Shown one piece after another: positions 22,301 to 29,988 of a stretch of 64,000 nucleotides of DNA; within the stretch, counting starts at the first letter, position 1; each line of letters opens with the position of its first letter. The notes under the pieces were generated by a model. It worked only from the letters and a program-made list of their open reading frames with translations. It was not told the DNA's origin and searched no databases. The position numbers and the translations under genes were made by a program. Source of the stretch: Candidatus Helarchaeota archaeon (GTDB lineage: Archaea > Asgardarchaeota > Lokiarchaeia > Helarchaeales > RDOG01); assembly GCA_019058315.1 (NCBI GenBank), contig JAHPZH010000001.1, positions 213,566-277,565 of the forward strand, written 5' to 3'.

Positions 22301-23382
22301 TTAACTGAAGTAACATTAGGGCCAGTATAAGTTGAACTATTAACTTTAAAATACCAATCTGATGAATTAAATGTATAATTATACATACCTGCACTCAAAT
22401 ATGTAGAAAAATTATAAATTACACCATCTGTGTAATCGTAATCGATTGGATTTTCTTTCTGCATTTCATAAGAAAAAGTGTTATTAAGGGTAACATTTAC
22501 ATATAACGGTGAATTATTATCGAAATCTGTATAATTTACTCGAAAAGTAAATAATTGCGTCGTATTACCTATAGTTGGTGTAACTTGGCCATTAGTTAAT
22601 GTTGGAGGACCGAGATTCGACATAAACCACTGCAACGATCGGTTTAATATAGTAGTTCTGATGGTTAAGGATCCACAATGCTCTAGAGGCATACAAAAAA
22701 AGACTGTTTTATAACCATTAGCTATATTATTATTGCTAATTGCTGTAGCATTAATTAAATCACTAGAATTATCAGAATCATAAAACACCATTGATGCAAA
22801 TGAGGTTGGTTGTATCCATTGAGAAAGACCACAAAATGAAGTGTGATCAAAAGAAAGCCCTTGTCCAATAGGATCTGAATTGTTTCCAACTATATTATTA
22901 TAAGTATAAAGGGCCGGTGTAGGAAGATTATAATTATTTACTCCGAGATATTGATTAATAAACGTGGTATTACCCATCAAATCTGCATAATATGTCCAAG
23001 TATTTGATGTCAATAATAAATTTCCTCCATTATTCAAAAATTGTTCTAATCTCACTTCATATGATGCAGTATTGGCATCAAGGTAACCTGTAGACCAAAT
23101 AACTACCTTATAATCTTTTAAAGTATTATAATCTGGTGCTGATGTAAGTGAATCATATTCAACTCCTAAATTATCTAAAGCATTTGTTATTGAAGAACTC
23201 CAATCTAAAAGTGTGTCTGTATAAACAAAGAGAATATCAGGTTGTAATGAATTTTTTAAATGATCTTGAGATTTATATAAATAATTATTATTATCTAATG
23301 GATAAAATTCCGTAAAGTTGACCATGATGCTCAATTGAAGTAATATTATTAATATTAATGATGGTATAACTTTCCTCTTCAT
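13336..23382 (-). CDS. 3348-aa single-pass surface glycoprotein: signal peptide, GATase-like/DUF4350-like domain, Ig-like domains, beta-propeller, 17 Ig-like repeats, FN3-like domain, TM helix, two cytoplasmic Zn ribbons
   Basis: Signal MKRKVIPSLILIILLQ; KVVIWSTG...FLNNGGNLLLTS; PxIAxDxxGxVHIVW blades; 17 copies of INDSRF; YEYRIRPIDEAGN (FN3-like); TM WILLLIIGIVAGVIAAVII then KKRK; CPNC..CQKC and CEHC..CPIC. Confidence 0.85.
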   Translation of the reverse strand: MKRKVIPSLILIILLQLSIMVNFTEFYPLDNNNYLYKSQDHLKNSLQPDILFVYTDTLLDWSSSITNALDNLGVEYDSLTSAPDYNTLKDYKVVIWSTGYLDANTASYEVRLEQFLNNGGNLLLTSNTWTYYADLMGNTTFINQYLGVNNYNLPTPALYTYNNIVGNNSDPIGQGLSFDHTSFCGLSQWIQPTSFASMVFYDSDNSSDLINATAISNNNIANGYKTVFFCMPLEHCGSLTIRTTILNRSLQWFMSNLGPPTLTNGQVTPTIGNTTQLFTFRVNYTDFDNNSPLYVNVTLNNTFSYEMQKENPIDYDYTDGVIYNFSTYLSAGMYNYTFNSSDWYFKVNSSTYTGPNVTSVNLNPPNLTNGNVDPAIGTEFTNFRFFVNYSDQDNNPPIYVNVTIDSQTFNMSKENPIDLNYIDGVIYEYFTTLTIGNHYFYFNASDGVNEVGLPNIGNYSGPQVNAYVPAPSVLFNGLSYNWSGDFIGTPWSGTEYYEYLGGNSFRCNESITDFGGTNNYTRTVDNRSRTITSTTGGSPWQVNSDDWLWIYNNVSLGEKVNISGHTSGNREFNVSGETTKNALGLILDVWILDHPDGDIAYYDKITGLLIEGTFIYLAPFTYFIQVTETNAINAPNFNIISPENQSYYQSTVPVIVDNTTEISNMWFRNSTDGIIWSNNYTLTYNGTFFTNSSNLDWTDGSYIIQVFGNNSFDLTQKSENFTVDTYGPYVVLESPTNNTYLHRELDIVLSNYSKVDQAWLRYNSGGGWSANFSLMYNGTHFVNNSISWTDGIYHLQVFANESTTEVALREEWFVIGATPPLNISHNLADDQRPRIALDSEGNVHIVWYGNETGVYEIYYDNNKNGYLGNKQQVTTSTTDQMWVDIAIDAFNIVHLVWMDFGSFDIYYTNNTGGQFNTPVLIPGGPYNLFPTIAVDSSGAAYVAWWATDGFIWGLGCDNNSAGSFGSPEAISPNLAVSNVIQPAMAIDDTNTIHVVYGYGNSSHTQLTYENNSIGDFSTNGVNISQYNALNENPDLALDSTGKVHITWSSNITQDNEIYYINNTMNDFTSEPLNVSKDPTSNDHYSAIALDTLSDPNSVFITWSKDVSEIYESNNYFGSFSTPQDISRSYTADYGPDIAIDSDEEETHFVWQGSGSDWDIYYDSYYYNPLTLLFPANITYDYQELPIIVQNKSFIDKVWCRNNTGSGWSANYTLTWNGTLFSNNSLLIWDDENYHLQIFGNDSANTIFMKEIYFQVDTMDPTISITYPTNGQDVSANIFWVNGTANGTGSNIASVMINDSRFALNQNPTGSLSGNFSFYNNSYIPDGIITILVNVTDNAGLNTLDTVWFNIDNTNPSISITYPTNGQVVTGNNIWINGTANGTGSNIASVMINDSRFIIDQNPVGSLSGNFSFYNNSYLPDGIIAIRVNITDTVGLTILDTVWFNIDNTNPTIFITYPINGQDIAGNTLWVNGTANGTGSNIVSVMINDSRFVIDQNPSGSLFGIFSFYNNSYIPDGIIAIQVNITDIVGFNALDTIWFNIDNTYPTISITYPTNGQLTTGSNFWINGTVNGTGSNIASVMINDSRFLIDQNPTGSLSGNFSFYNNSYIPDGIIAIRVNVTDSAGLTISDVVWFNIDNDNPTINIISPTNGQVVTGNNFWVNGTANGTGSNIVSLMINDSRFVIDQNPAGSLSGDFSFYNNSYIPEGIMAIRVNITDTIGLTAFDIVWFNIDNSNPTISITYPVNGQLITGSNFWVNGTANGTGSNIVSVMINDSRFVINQNPAGSLSGNFSFYNNSYLLDGIISIRVNISDSAGLTAIDIVWFNIDNTNPTISITYPTNGQDVANNTFWVNGTASGTGSNIVSVMINDSRFVIDQNPAGSLSGTFSFYNNSYLPDGIIAIRVNITDTVGLTSLDTVWFNIDNTNPTISITYPTNGQVVTGSIFWVNGTANGTGSNIASVMINDSRFLIDQNPMGSLSGNFSFYNNSYLPDGVVSIRINITDTSGLSLLDTVWFNIDNTNPTISITYPANGQDIVGSIFWVNGTGNGTGSNIASVMINDSRFSIDQNPVGSLSGSFSFYNNSYLPDGIIAIRVNITDTVGLTSLDTIWFNIDNTNPTISITYPTNGQVVTGSNFWVNGTANGTGSNIASVIINDSRFSIDQNPVGSIFGSFSFYNNSYLPDGIIAIRVNITDTVGLTSLDTIWFNIDNTNPTISITYPTNGQVVTGSNFWVNGTANGTGSNIASVIINDSRFSIDQNPVGSIFGSFSFYNNSYLPDGIIAIRVNITDTVGLTSLDTIWFNIDNTNPMISITYPSNGQLTTGSNFWVNGTANGTGSNITTLMINDSRFIIDQNPVGSLSGIFSFYNNSYLPDGIIPITVNVTDTAGMTTLDTVWFNIDNTNPTITITHPFPDGTTDFGSIVTVEGWVDGTGSNIQSVMINDSRFTISLNPSGNPSGPYFFSNNSFISLGYIAVEVNVTDWANLTSSTIRWFTYIIGPSINIDHPGINGEIDTGVNITINGTANGGGANIDTVWINDSRFSLTIDPSGTPFGAFGFENVSFIPDGRIAINVSINNTGGISYSLVRWFIIDNSYPIISISYPISDGDVITGSIIWINGSANGTGSNIASVMINDSRFVIYQNPTGFASGNYSFYNNSYLPDGIIVIRVNMTDSAGLTTSDSIWFNIDNSNPTISITYPTNGQVIASNTFWVNGTANGTGSNIVSVIINDSRFVIDQNPTGSLSGNFSFYNNSYIPDGIIAIEVNITDTVGFTSLDIVWFNIDNSNPNITIIYPTNGQDIASNIFWINGTANGTGTNIASVMINDSRFVINLNPTGSQSGNYSFYNNSYLPDGNITIRVNVTDSAGLTTADFVWFNIDNTAPELLEQDSATNYTIYQTGPNIWVNGSAIDLGSGLKSIEIINNNASCSWTVNLNTNQSWAFRNSTPISSDGIYEIWINATDIVGNFNITRCLISVEIGPPIGAPGAYLSNPQNGTLIGLNLYIWLNGTALDLGSGLFNVYIYPNEGNSSASWSTNQNTNESWAFYNTTPIIDNILGQVYEIKLNISDIAGNYFNLTFYFRVDTIRPSNVTNLCDLNISLTDNVVNLNWTFSTDNSPVQYEIWRRTSSSGWQIINITNFNIYQYNDTGLADEVYEYRIRPIDEAGNYGNFTNSIFVTIKTKTKAEVPLVFLPPQEDSTWILLLIIGIVAGVIAAVIIAKKRKEEEVFFPKITPKQQKPTAETKKAEFKLEIPPPKVPKYEEKVQKVGERKEILYYHCPNCKQIFSASEIADYSCQKCQIPLKLHKRVVTEDLKKTTPSTEVIYYCEHCNRYFKVPIKGSYQCPICNNILKLYQS
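14765..19620 (-). repeat. Intragenic tandem array of 17 x ~285-bp (95-aa) Ig-like repeats
   Basis: DNTNPTISITYPTNGQ...WVNGTANGTGSNI.SVMINDSRF...FSFYNNSY.PDG...WFNI recurs with 285-bp period (e.g. 16561, 16846, 17131). Confidence 0.95.
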
Positions 23383-23552
23383 GTTATAACCCTCAAAATT
23401 TGGCAGAATTTATTTAATTAATTCCCCAAATCTAATTAATAAAAATTAAGATAATAAGGATATAAATATTTAATCCAAATATTTATTGGAATCTCATTTA
23501 GAATATAGTTTAAAAATCTTTATGATCAAATCAACGAAATTATACTTATTTA

Positions 23553-24722
23553 CTAATATATTTTAGCGTCTTTTCCGTATCCCGTAGAAATTAAGTGCGA
23601 TTTGGTAATCCTTTCATTCTTCGGGGTATTATTTGTGACATTTAAATAAACTCCAGAGAATAATTCATCTTCTGAAATCTGTAAATTTTCTAACTTGACT
23701 CTCTCCCCAACGGGATAATCATATTCAAACCTTTCTTCTCTAACTACTCGTGGATCTCCGATATCTGGTGGATAAGAGTCTAAAGATAATTGTGGTGTTG
23801 GAATTCCTTCTTTTAATTGCATATTTATCCCGATTTCCCATAACTCTGGAAGCTCTTGTTTTATAAAATCTTGCCATTTATTCTCTATGGTATTTATGGC
23901 GAGCTTTGAATCTAATGTAAGCTTACTCATCTGTGATGTATATGCTCGTCGACCTTGATAGATTAATGATTTTAGAAAAGGTGGAGCGGGAATAAACAGC
24001 CCCCAATTATCTCTCAAACTAGAATATTTTGATTTTAATTGAAATGAATCCCATAAATTATTATTAACCTCATATGAACTAAGTTCAGTAATAAGATTTG
24101 CAACATTAGATGCGTAAGTTATAATTATATAATGAGTAGATTGTGAATACTCAGGATTTCTTTTATTTCGTATATCTTTTATGATATCCAATAAACGAAC
24201 TCCCACTCTTTGTATACCTTTTAAATTTTTTGGTAATACTTTTACTTTATACCCTGTTTTTTCATCTTTTAACCCTAAAATTTCTTCATCTCGCTGAGAA
24301 ATCCACCAATCTGTGGGAATTCCTTCTTCAATATGTGTATTGATTAAAAAAAATACTTCTTGAAAAGTATCATCAATCATTACAAAGGTGCAATCCGCAG
24401 ATTCGCTGAATAACTGCTTCATAGCACCCGATTGAAGATCACATCTTATCATGCTTATTGAAGGGAAAAAATTAAAAGATAAGGTCTTATTTGCATGTTT
24501 AAGTCTGTCCGATATTACAGCTTTACCTGTTAAAACTGCCGAATTTAATCGTCCTTCCATTAATTCCCTAATCTTGTGTGCATATTTCATATGCCACTTC
24601 ATTAAGAAACGGGGACCCAATTCGGTATATACACGCCAAATGTGTCTACCTAATGGAAACCATTCTTTTGTTATCATTTCATCTGGTATGTCAGAATATC
24701 GATATTTTACCATCAAATTCAA
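23553..24722 (-). CDS. Hypothetical protein
   Basis: 389-aa ORF with normal globular composition; no motif recognised. Confidence 0.7.
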   Translation of the reverse strand: MNLMVKYRYSDIPDEMITKEWFPLGRHIWRVYTELGPRFLMKWHMKYAHKIRELMEGRLNSAVLTGKAVISDRLKHANKTLSFNFFPSISMIRCDLQSGAMKQLFSESADCTFVMIDDTFQEVFFLINTHIEEGIPTDWWISQRDEEILGLKDEKTGYKVKVLPKNLKGIQRVGVRLLDIIKDIRNKRNPEYSQSTHYIIITYASNVANLITELSSYEVNNNLWDSFQLKSKYSSLRDNWGLFIPAPPFLKSLIYQGRRAYTSQMSKLTLDSKLAINTIENKWQDFIKQELPELWEIGINMQLKEGIPTPQLSLDSYPPDIGDPRVVREERFEYDYPVGERVKLENLQISEDELFSGVYLNVTNNTPKNERITKSHLISTGYGKDAKIY

Positions 24723-24964
24723 CTATGAATATTGTAATATTATATTAAACCCAATTTCTATTATATTTCCAATTCTATTATATTTTAAAAAATTTAATTC
24801 CCCCAGTTACTTAAAATTAATTATGGGTTTGTTATTAATAATAGAATACCATTTTAAAAAAATTTTACGTTTTTCTCAATTTAAGATATAAATATTAAAT
24901 ACGTTTCTAAATAAATAATTATGATTTTTTACTTTTAAAATAAAAATTTGGTGAAATATGATAA

Positions 24965-26107
24965 ATGAATGGTTTTGAAATAGCCAAATTACGACCACCT
25001 ACAGAGAATTTCTCTTTAGCAATTCTAACTCACTTTAATTGTCCTTGGTCTAAATGTGCCTTCTGCCCCAGTAACTTGTTTTATAAATTAAGGCGGTTTA
25101 AGCGACGAACTTTGGAAGAAATCAAAAAAGATATTGATAATACTGCCATAATAAACGAATATATATGGGAAAAAGGCATCATAAGTCAAGAAACATTATT
25201 AAAATCGGTTTCTGAATATCCTATGTTAAGAGAATGTTTTATTCACATGGCTTGTTGGCATTTATATTCGAATGCTACTACTGCTTTTTTAGGGGGAACA
25301 AATCCTCTTCTTTATCATAGTGATTTTTTAGAGGAAATTTTGATTTATTTAAGAGATAAATTTCCTACTATTACACGAATTACGAGTTATGGCAGAACAA
25401 TAACAGCCTCAAAGAAGAATTCTCGTTATTTTAAACAATTATATGAATCTGGTCTGGATCGTATTCATGTAGGAATGGAATCTGGTTCAGATAATGTACT
25501 AAAGTTCGTGAATAAAGGAGTAACGAGTGAAAAACATATATTAGGAGGTCAAAAAATTAAAGATGGAGAGATTTCCTTATGCACATACATCATGCCAGGA
25601 TTAGGGGGAAGAGCTTGGACCTTAGAACATGCAATGGAAACTGCTAGAGTTATTAATGAAATCGAACCAGATTTCGTTAGGTTGCGAACATTAGAGATTT
25701 TTCCTCATACTCCCCTCTATAAGAAGTGGAAAGCTGGAGAATTCACTGAATTAACGGAACAAGAGGTTATAGAGGAGGAAAAAATTTTAGTAGAAAATAT
25801 AGAGTGTAAAACTACTATAACTAGCGATTCTGCAGCTAATTTATTAACTGAAATTTGGGGGATGCTCCCAAAGGATAAAAAGAAAATTCTACGAGCTATT
25901 GATAATTATTTAAGTCTTAATTACGAAGAAAAATTAAAATTTAGTTTGGATAGAAGATTAGAAGCATATAATAACCAATATGGAGGGCTATCTCCACCTA
26001 TTGAAAAAAAATTAAAGAGACTATCGAAGATTTCTGAAGATAGCAAAAATTATTATGAAGAAATGAAAAAATTAATAAAATATATTCGGAGTCGACTTAT
26101 CCCATAA
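24965..26107 (+). CDS. Radical SAM protein (CX4CX2C variant)
   Basis: IAKLRPP, CPWSKCAFC, GLDRIHVGMESGSDNVL, YIMPGLGG. Confidence 0.9.
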   Translation: MNGFEIAKLRPPTENFSLAILTHFNCPWSKCAFCPSNLFYKLRRFKRRTLEEIKKDIDNTAIINEYIWEKGIISQETLLKSVSEYPMLRECFIHMACWHLYSNATTAFLGGTNPLLYHSDFLEEILIYLRDKFPTITRITSYGRTITASKKNSRYFKQLYESGLDRIHVGMESGSDNVLKFVNKGVTSEKHILGGQKIKDGEISLCTYIMPGLGGRAWTLEHAMETARVINEIEPDFVRLRTLEIFPHTPLYKKWKAGEFTELTEQEVIEEEKILVENIECKTTITSDSAANLLTEIWGMLPKDKKKILRAIDNYLSLNYEEKLKFSLDRRLEAYNNQYGGLSPPIEKKLKRLSKISEDSKNYYEEMKKLIKYIRSRLIP

Positions 26108-26160
26108 ATGAAAATTTAAAAAATTTTTGCCAAGCTATTATTATTCAATCTTTTTTATTA

Positions 26161-26361
26161 TTATAATCTTTTAAAATGTTTACACATCGAACAACAAGGT
26201 TTAAATTGTTCAAATTTCGATTTACTCATTATATTACATTTTCCAATCTCATTAAACACAATCTTTTTAATCTCGCCCCGTTCCTCACAATAAGGGATCT
26301 CTTTCTCTCCTAGCATTTCTATAGTATAAAATTCGCAGTTAAAACAGCACAAAGTCGTCAT
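26161..26361 (-). CDS. Small Cys-rich protein (~66 aa)
   Basis: ATG at 26361 preceded by AAAGGA; CCFNC near the N-terminus and CCSMC near the C-terminus. The ORF track starts it at TTG 26421. Confidence 0.6.
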   Translation of the reverse strand: MTTLCCFNCEFYTIEMLGEKEIPYCEERGEIKKIVFNEIGKCNIMSKSKFEQFKPCCSMCKHFKRL

Positions 26362-26610
26362 TTCCTTTTGGGACAATTCAGATACAAATAATATTGCCTT
26401 AAATTTGGAATTAAAGTTCAATTCTAAATATTATAATATTAAATCATTTTTTCTATATCCTAATTAATCTTTTTCATTAAATTAATAAGAATCTCACATA
26501 TTCTAATTGAATTCTGATAAAAGAATAACAAAAATATTTAAATTACAATTTATTATATTTCTTTTTACATTTTATGATTAAAACTAGTTTATAAATCGGA
26601 GATTAACAAA

Positions 26611-28275
26611 GTGGGAAAAAAAAGAGGAAAAAAAATTGTATTAACTGCCAGTGAGTCAGAAATGTGTGATTGGGGTGATAATCCCTTTTATGCATTTTAT
26701 GGAGCATTCCCAGATCAATTAACTCCTAGGTTTATCTCGAAATGGTTGGTCAATTATAATCACGAAAGCTTATATAATGAAGATGGGACCGCAAAAATTG
26801 CTCCATATGGATTACGGAAGGTAGAAACTGCATTATTAAATCATGGTTTTAAGGAAGAAGATATTGTAGTAGTGTTCCCTGACAAATTGGACGATTTTAT
26901 AGGAAGTGACACAAAACTTGTCGCAATAAGCACTATGGATCCACTGGGAATGGCTTATGTGTCAATGACATATTCCACTTTTCTCGGATTTGGCTCAGTA
27001 CCTGTGAATCGAGCAGCCTTTCGTCGACTTCTTAATCAAAAATCCATAAAAAAATATAAGCCTAAAGTTTTAGTCGGAGGTTCTGGAGCATGGCAATTAA
27101 GCAAAAAAGCAAGGAAAATGCTCGGAATAGATACAATTGTTATGGGGGAAGCAGATAAGGAAATTTATAGCATTGTAGATAAAGTTATCAATAAAAATGA
27201 GCCAATTCCTGAAGTAATTAAATGTAAGCCAAATTTAGAAATAGAAGACATTTCATTGATAAAAAATGCTTCAATCCATGGTATTGTTGAGATATCTCGT
27301 GGATGTGGGAGAAATTGCCAATTTTGTGCTCCTACTATGAGAAGACGAAAAGATATTCCTTATGATAATATAATTAATGAAGTAAAGGTAAATGTAAGAG
27401 GAGGGCGAGAGTTAATCACTTTAGCAACAGAAGATTGCCTTATTTATGGAGCAAACACTCATGATGGTAAATTTCATCCAAATGTTCATGCAGTATGTGA
27501 ATTGTTTAGAAAAATAACTGCAGTTGAGGGTGTTAAATATGTACAACCAGCGCATTTATCCCTTGCGCCAGTAGTAGTGGAACCTGAAATGATTACTGAA
27601 CTTGATCATATACTACATGGATATGGAAAATTTGTTATGAGAAGAGGAAATAGATATTTCCGAACTCTCGGAGAATCTGGAATTGAAACTGGTAGTTCTA
27701 GATTAATAGCTAAATATATGCGTGGGAAACCTTTACCATTCACTCCAGAACAATTTCCTGAAATGGTTATAGAAGCTTGGGGAATTTTAAATGATAATAA
27801 CTTTATGACCCTCTCAACATTTATGATTGGTTTACCAGACGAAACTGACGAAGATGTGCTTAAAAGTATTGAACTAGTTGATGAGATGATTTATGGAAAT
27901 TATATGAGTTTCTTAGTTCCAAATGTCTTTATCAATCTACATGATTGCATTCTACGTAATAAAAGAAAAGCCGATTTCAACCATTTGACGGAACTTCAAA
28001 TGGAAATGTTTATTAATTGCTGGAAATTTAATTTGAAAAATTTTAGAAATAGATGGATGAAAGGAGAAACTGGACGAAAAGGAAGAGAAATTTTTAATCG
28101 AAGTCTTACTAAAGCTCTATTTCCTTCTTTATATTTGCTCTATTATCGTAAACACCATGATAAATTCGCAAAATATCTAAAAGACTTTTTCCTTTCAGCA
28201 AGCGGTTTCAATCCAATTAATGTTTCAAAGCAGTTTAATGTAAATCAATTGAAAGTTCCTGATAGATACATTTGA
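26611..28275 (+). CDS. B12-binding radical SAM protein, resembling archaeal tetraether-lipid-modifying Grs/Gms family
   Basis: KIVLTA, APYGLRKVETAL, STMDPLGM, VGGSGAWQ, EISRGCGRNCQFC, GIETGS; GGAG RBS. Confidence 0.8.
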   Translation: MGKKRGKKIVLTASESEMCDWGDNPFYAFYGAFPDQLTPRFISKWLVNYNHESLYNEDGTAKIAPYGLRKVETALLNHGFKEEDIVVVFPDKLDDFIGSDTKLVAISTMDPLGMAYVSMTYSTFLGFGSVPVNRAAFRRLLNQKSIKKYKPKVLVGGSGAWQLSKKARKMLGIDTIVMGEADKEIYSIVDKVINKNEPIPEVIKCKPNLEIEDISLIKNASIHGIVEISRGCGRNCQFCAPTMRRRKDIPYDNIINEVKVNVRGGRELITLATEDCLIYGANTHDGKFHPNVHAVCELFRKITAVEGVKYVQPAHLSLAPVVVEPEMITELDHILHGYGKFVMRRGNRYFRTLGESGIETGSSRLIAKYMRGKPLPFTPEQFPEMVIEAWGILNDNNFMTLSTFMIGLPDETDEDVLKSIELVDEMIYGNYMSFLVPNVFINLHDCILRNKRKADFNHLTELQMEMFINCWKFNLKNFRNRWMKGETGRKGREIFNRSLTKALFPSLYLLYYRKHHDKFAKYLKDFFLSASGFNPINVSKQFNVNQLKVPDRYI

Positions 28276-28449
28276 TAATCCTTTTAAGAAATAATTTCTT
28301 TTCATTTATGAAGAAAATTTTAAATGTTCAATTATTTAATTAAATAAAATTATAAAATGTTATAGATTTTAAAATTAGAGTTTAAAAAAAACCAAAATTA
28401 ACAACAAATTTCATTAAAGATTGGATTATATAAACTTAGGGTTGAGAAA

Positions 28450-29982
28450 ATGAAAATACCAGAAGGGATGAAAGAAATTTTTAAGATGTTTCCAGTCTTA
28501 AAAAACACAACTTATGTCACTCCATTCTTTGTTTCTGAAGAAGATGCAGGAACAGAAAAATCTAAAGAAAGAATAAGAAAATTCCAAGCAGATATGACCA
28601 AACGAGTGATTCAAAATACTAAAAAAAGTATTGAAGGTACAGGTAAAAAAATTCGCCACTTAAGACCTGCTACCGAAGAAGAAATAACCCATTATGAAAG
28701 TATGCATAATAACTTTCTAAATCAACTTAGATTACGTATAAGACTTAGATTATTACAATGGGGTACCCCTAAATTTAAAAGAAACTTCTTAAGAGATTTG
28801 GGTGCAACTGTAGGAGAAGGTGCTATGATTACATTTGGAAATTTAATGGAAGTAATTTTCCCGCAATTTCTTAGTATTGGAAGTGAAACAGTTTTTGGTA
28901 TGGGTTCTGTTGTTACTTGTTCTCAATTTTTCGAGGATGAACTTTATATTGGACCTGTTAAAATTGGAAAAAATGTTTTAATTGGAGCAGGAGCTGTAAT
29001 TATGCCCGGAGTTACCATAGGTGATAATTCAATTGTAACTCCTGGAGTTGTTCACTATGATGTTCCTCCACAAACTTTATGTGTTGGTTTACCTGAGGAT
29101 GTAAGAGCTCCTTTGGAAGGGAAAATAAACCTTGCAGCAGCAGATGCTAAACGTAAAGTTGTAAAAACTGGCTGGGACCTCCATGATTGGCGACAATTTA
29201 TGCCTGCATCAATAATATTAGCAAAGAATTTTCTATTGGAATTACAGAAATTACCAATGGCTCAAAGTGTAAGACAATATCTACTTCGATTAGCCGGAAT
29301 CAAAATAGGAAGAAATGTTAATATTGAAGATAATGTTGTTTTTGATGCGTGGTTTCCCGAAAATATAACAATTGAAGATGGAGCTACATTAAAGCGACAT
29401 TCTGTCGTTGCTTGCCACGAGGGAATTCCACCAGCTAAAGAGGGAGAGAAAGGGCAGTTTAGAGTCGGCGAAGTAATAATTGGGAAAAATGCGCTTGTTG
29501 AATCAGGTACGGGTATTCTTCCAGGCGTCAAAGTTGGTGATAATGCAGAAGTATTGCCTTACACTTTTATTGCGACTGATGTTAAAGAAGGTATTCAGGT
29601 TGTTGGAATTCCAAGTCGGAAAGTCGGTGAAACATTTGATATTCAGAATTTTATGATGCAACAATTTGGTTATAGTGCAACGATTTGGGATGAAATCCGA
29701 GAAGACCATAGAAGAGAAGAAATGTTAGAAGAAGAATTAAAAAAAGCAGAAGAAATGGCAAGTCAAGTTGAAAAAATTGATGAAGAAATATCAAAACCTG
29801 TGGAGATCAGCGAAGTTATAGAGACAGAAACAGTTGAAATCAAAGAATTGGCAGAACCAGAACCTTCTGCAATGAAAGAAATGAAAAGTACGGAAATAAG
29901 AAAAATAGAATTTGAAGTTGCAGTATTTAATAAGGATGACAAGGAGTTAAAAACAAAAAAAATTGAATTTGATATCGATTAA
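28450..29982 (+). CDS. Acyltransferase with two tandem left-handed beta-helix (hexapeptide) domains and acidic tail
   Basis: VKIGKNVLIGAGAVIMPGVTIGDNS and VIIGKNALVESGTGILPGVKVGDNA. Confidence 0.8.
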   Translation: MKIPEGMKEIFKMFPVLKNTTYVTPFFVSEEDAGTEKSKERIRKFQADMTKRVIQNTKKSIEGTGKKIRHLRPATEEEITHYESMHNNFLNQLRLRIRLRLLQWGTPKFKRNFLRDLGATVGEGAMITFGNLMEVIFPQFLSIGSETVFGMGSVVTCSQFFEDELYIGPVKIGKNVLIGAGAVIMPGVTIGDNSIVTPGVVHYDVPPQTLCVGLPEDVRAPLEGKINLAAADAKRKVVKTGWDLHDWRQFMPASIILAKNFLLELQKLPMAQSVRQYLLRLAGIKIGRNVNIEDNVVFDAWFPENITIEDGATLKRHSVVACHEGIPPAKEGEKGQFRVGEVIIGKNALVESGTGILPGVKVGDNAEVLPYTFIATDVKEGIQVVGIPSRKVGETFDIQNFMMQQFGYSATIWDEIREDHRREEMLEEELKKAEEMASQVEKIDEEISKPVEISEVIETETVEIKELAEPEPSAMKEMKSTEIRKIEFEVAVFNKDDKELKTKKIEFDID

Positions 29983-29988
29983 TAACAA

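Noticed and set aside
24451-24891. 146-aa plus-strand ORF
   Set aside because: Overlaps the 389-aa gene antisense and runs into AT-rich intergenic DNA with Ile/Phe/Lys-biased translation.
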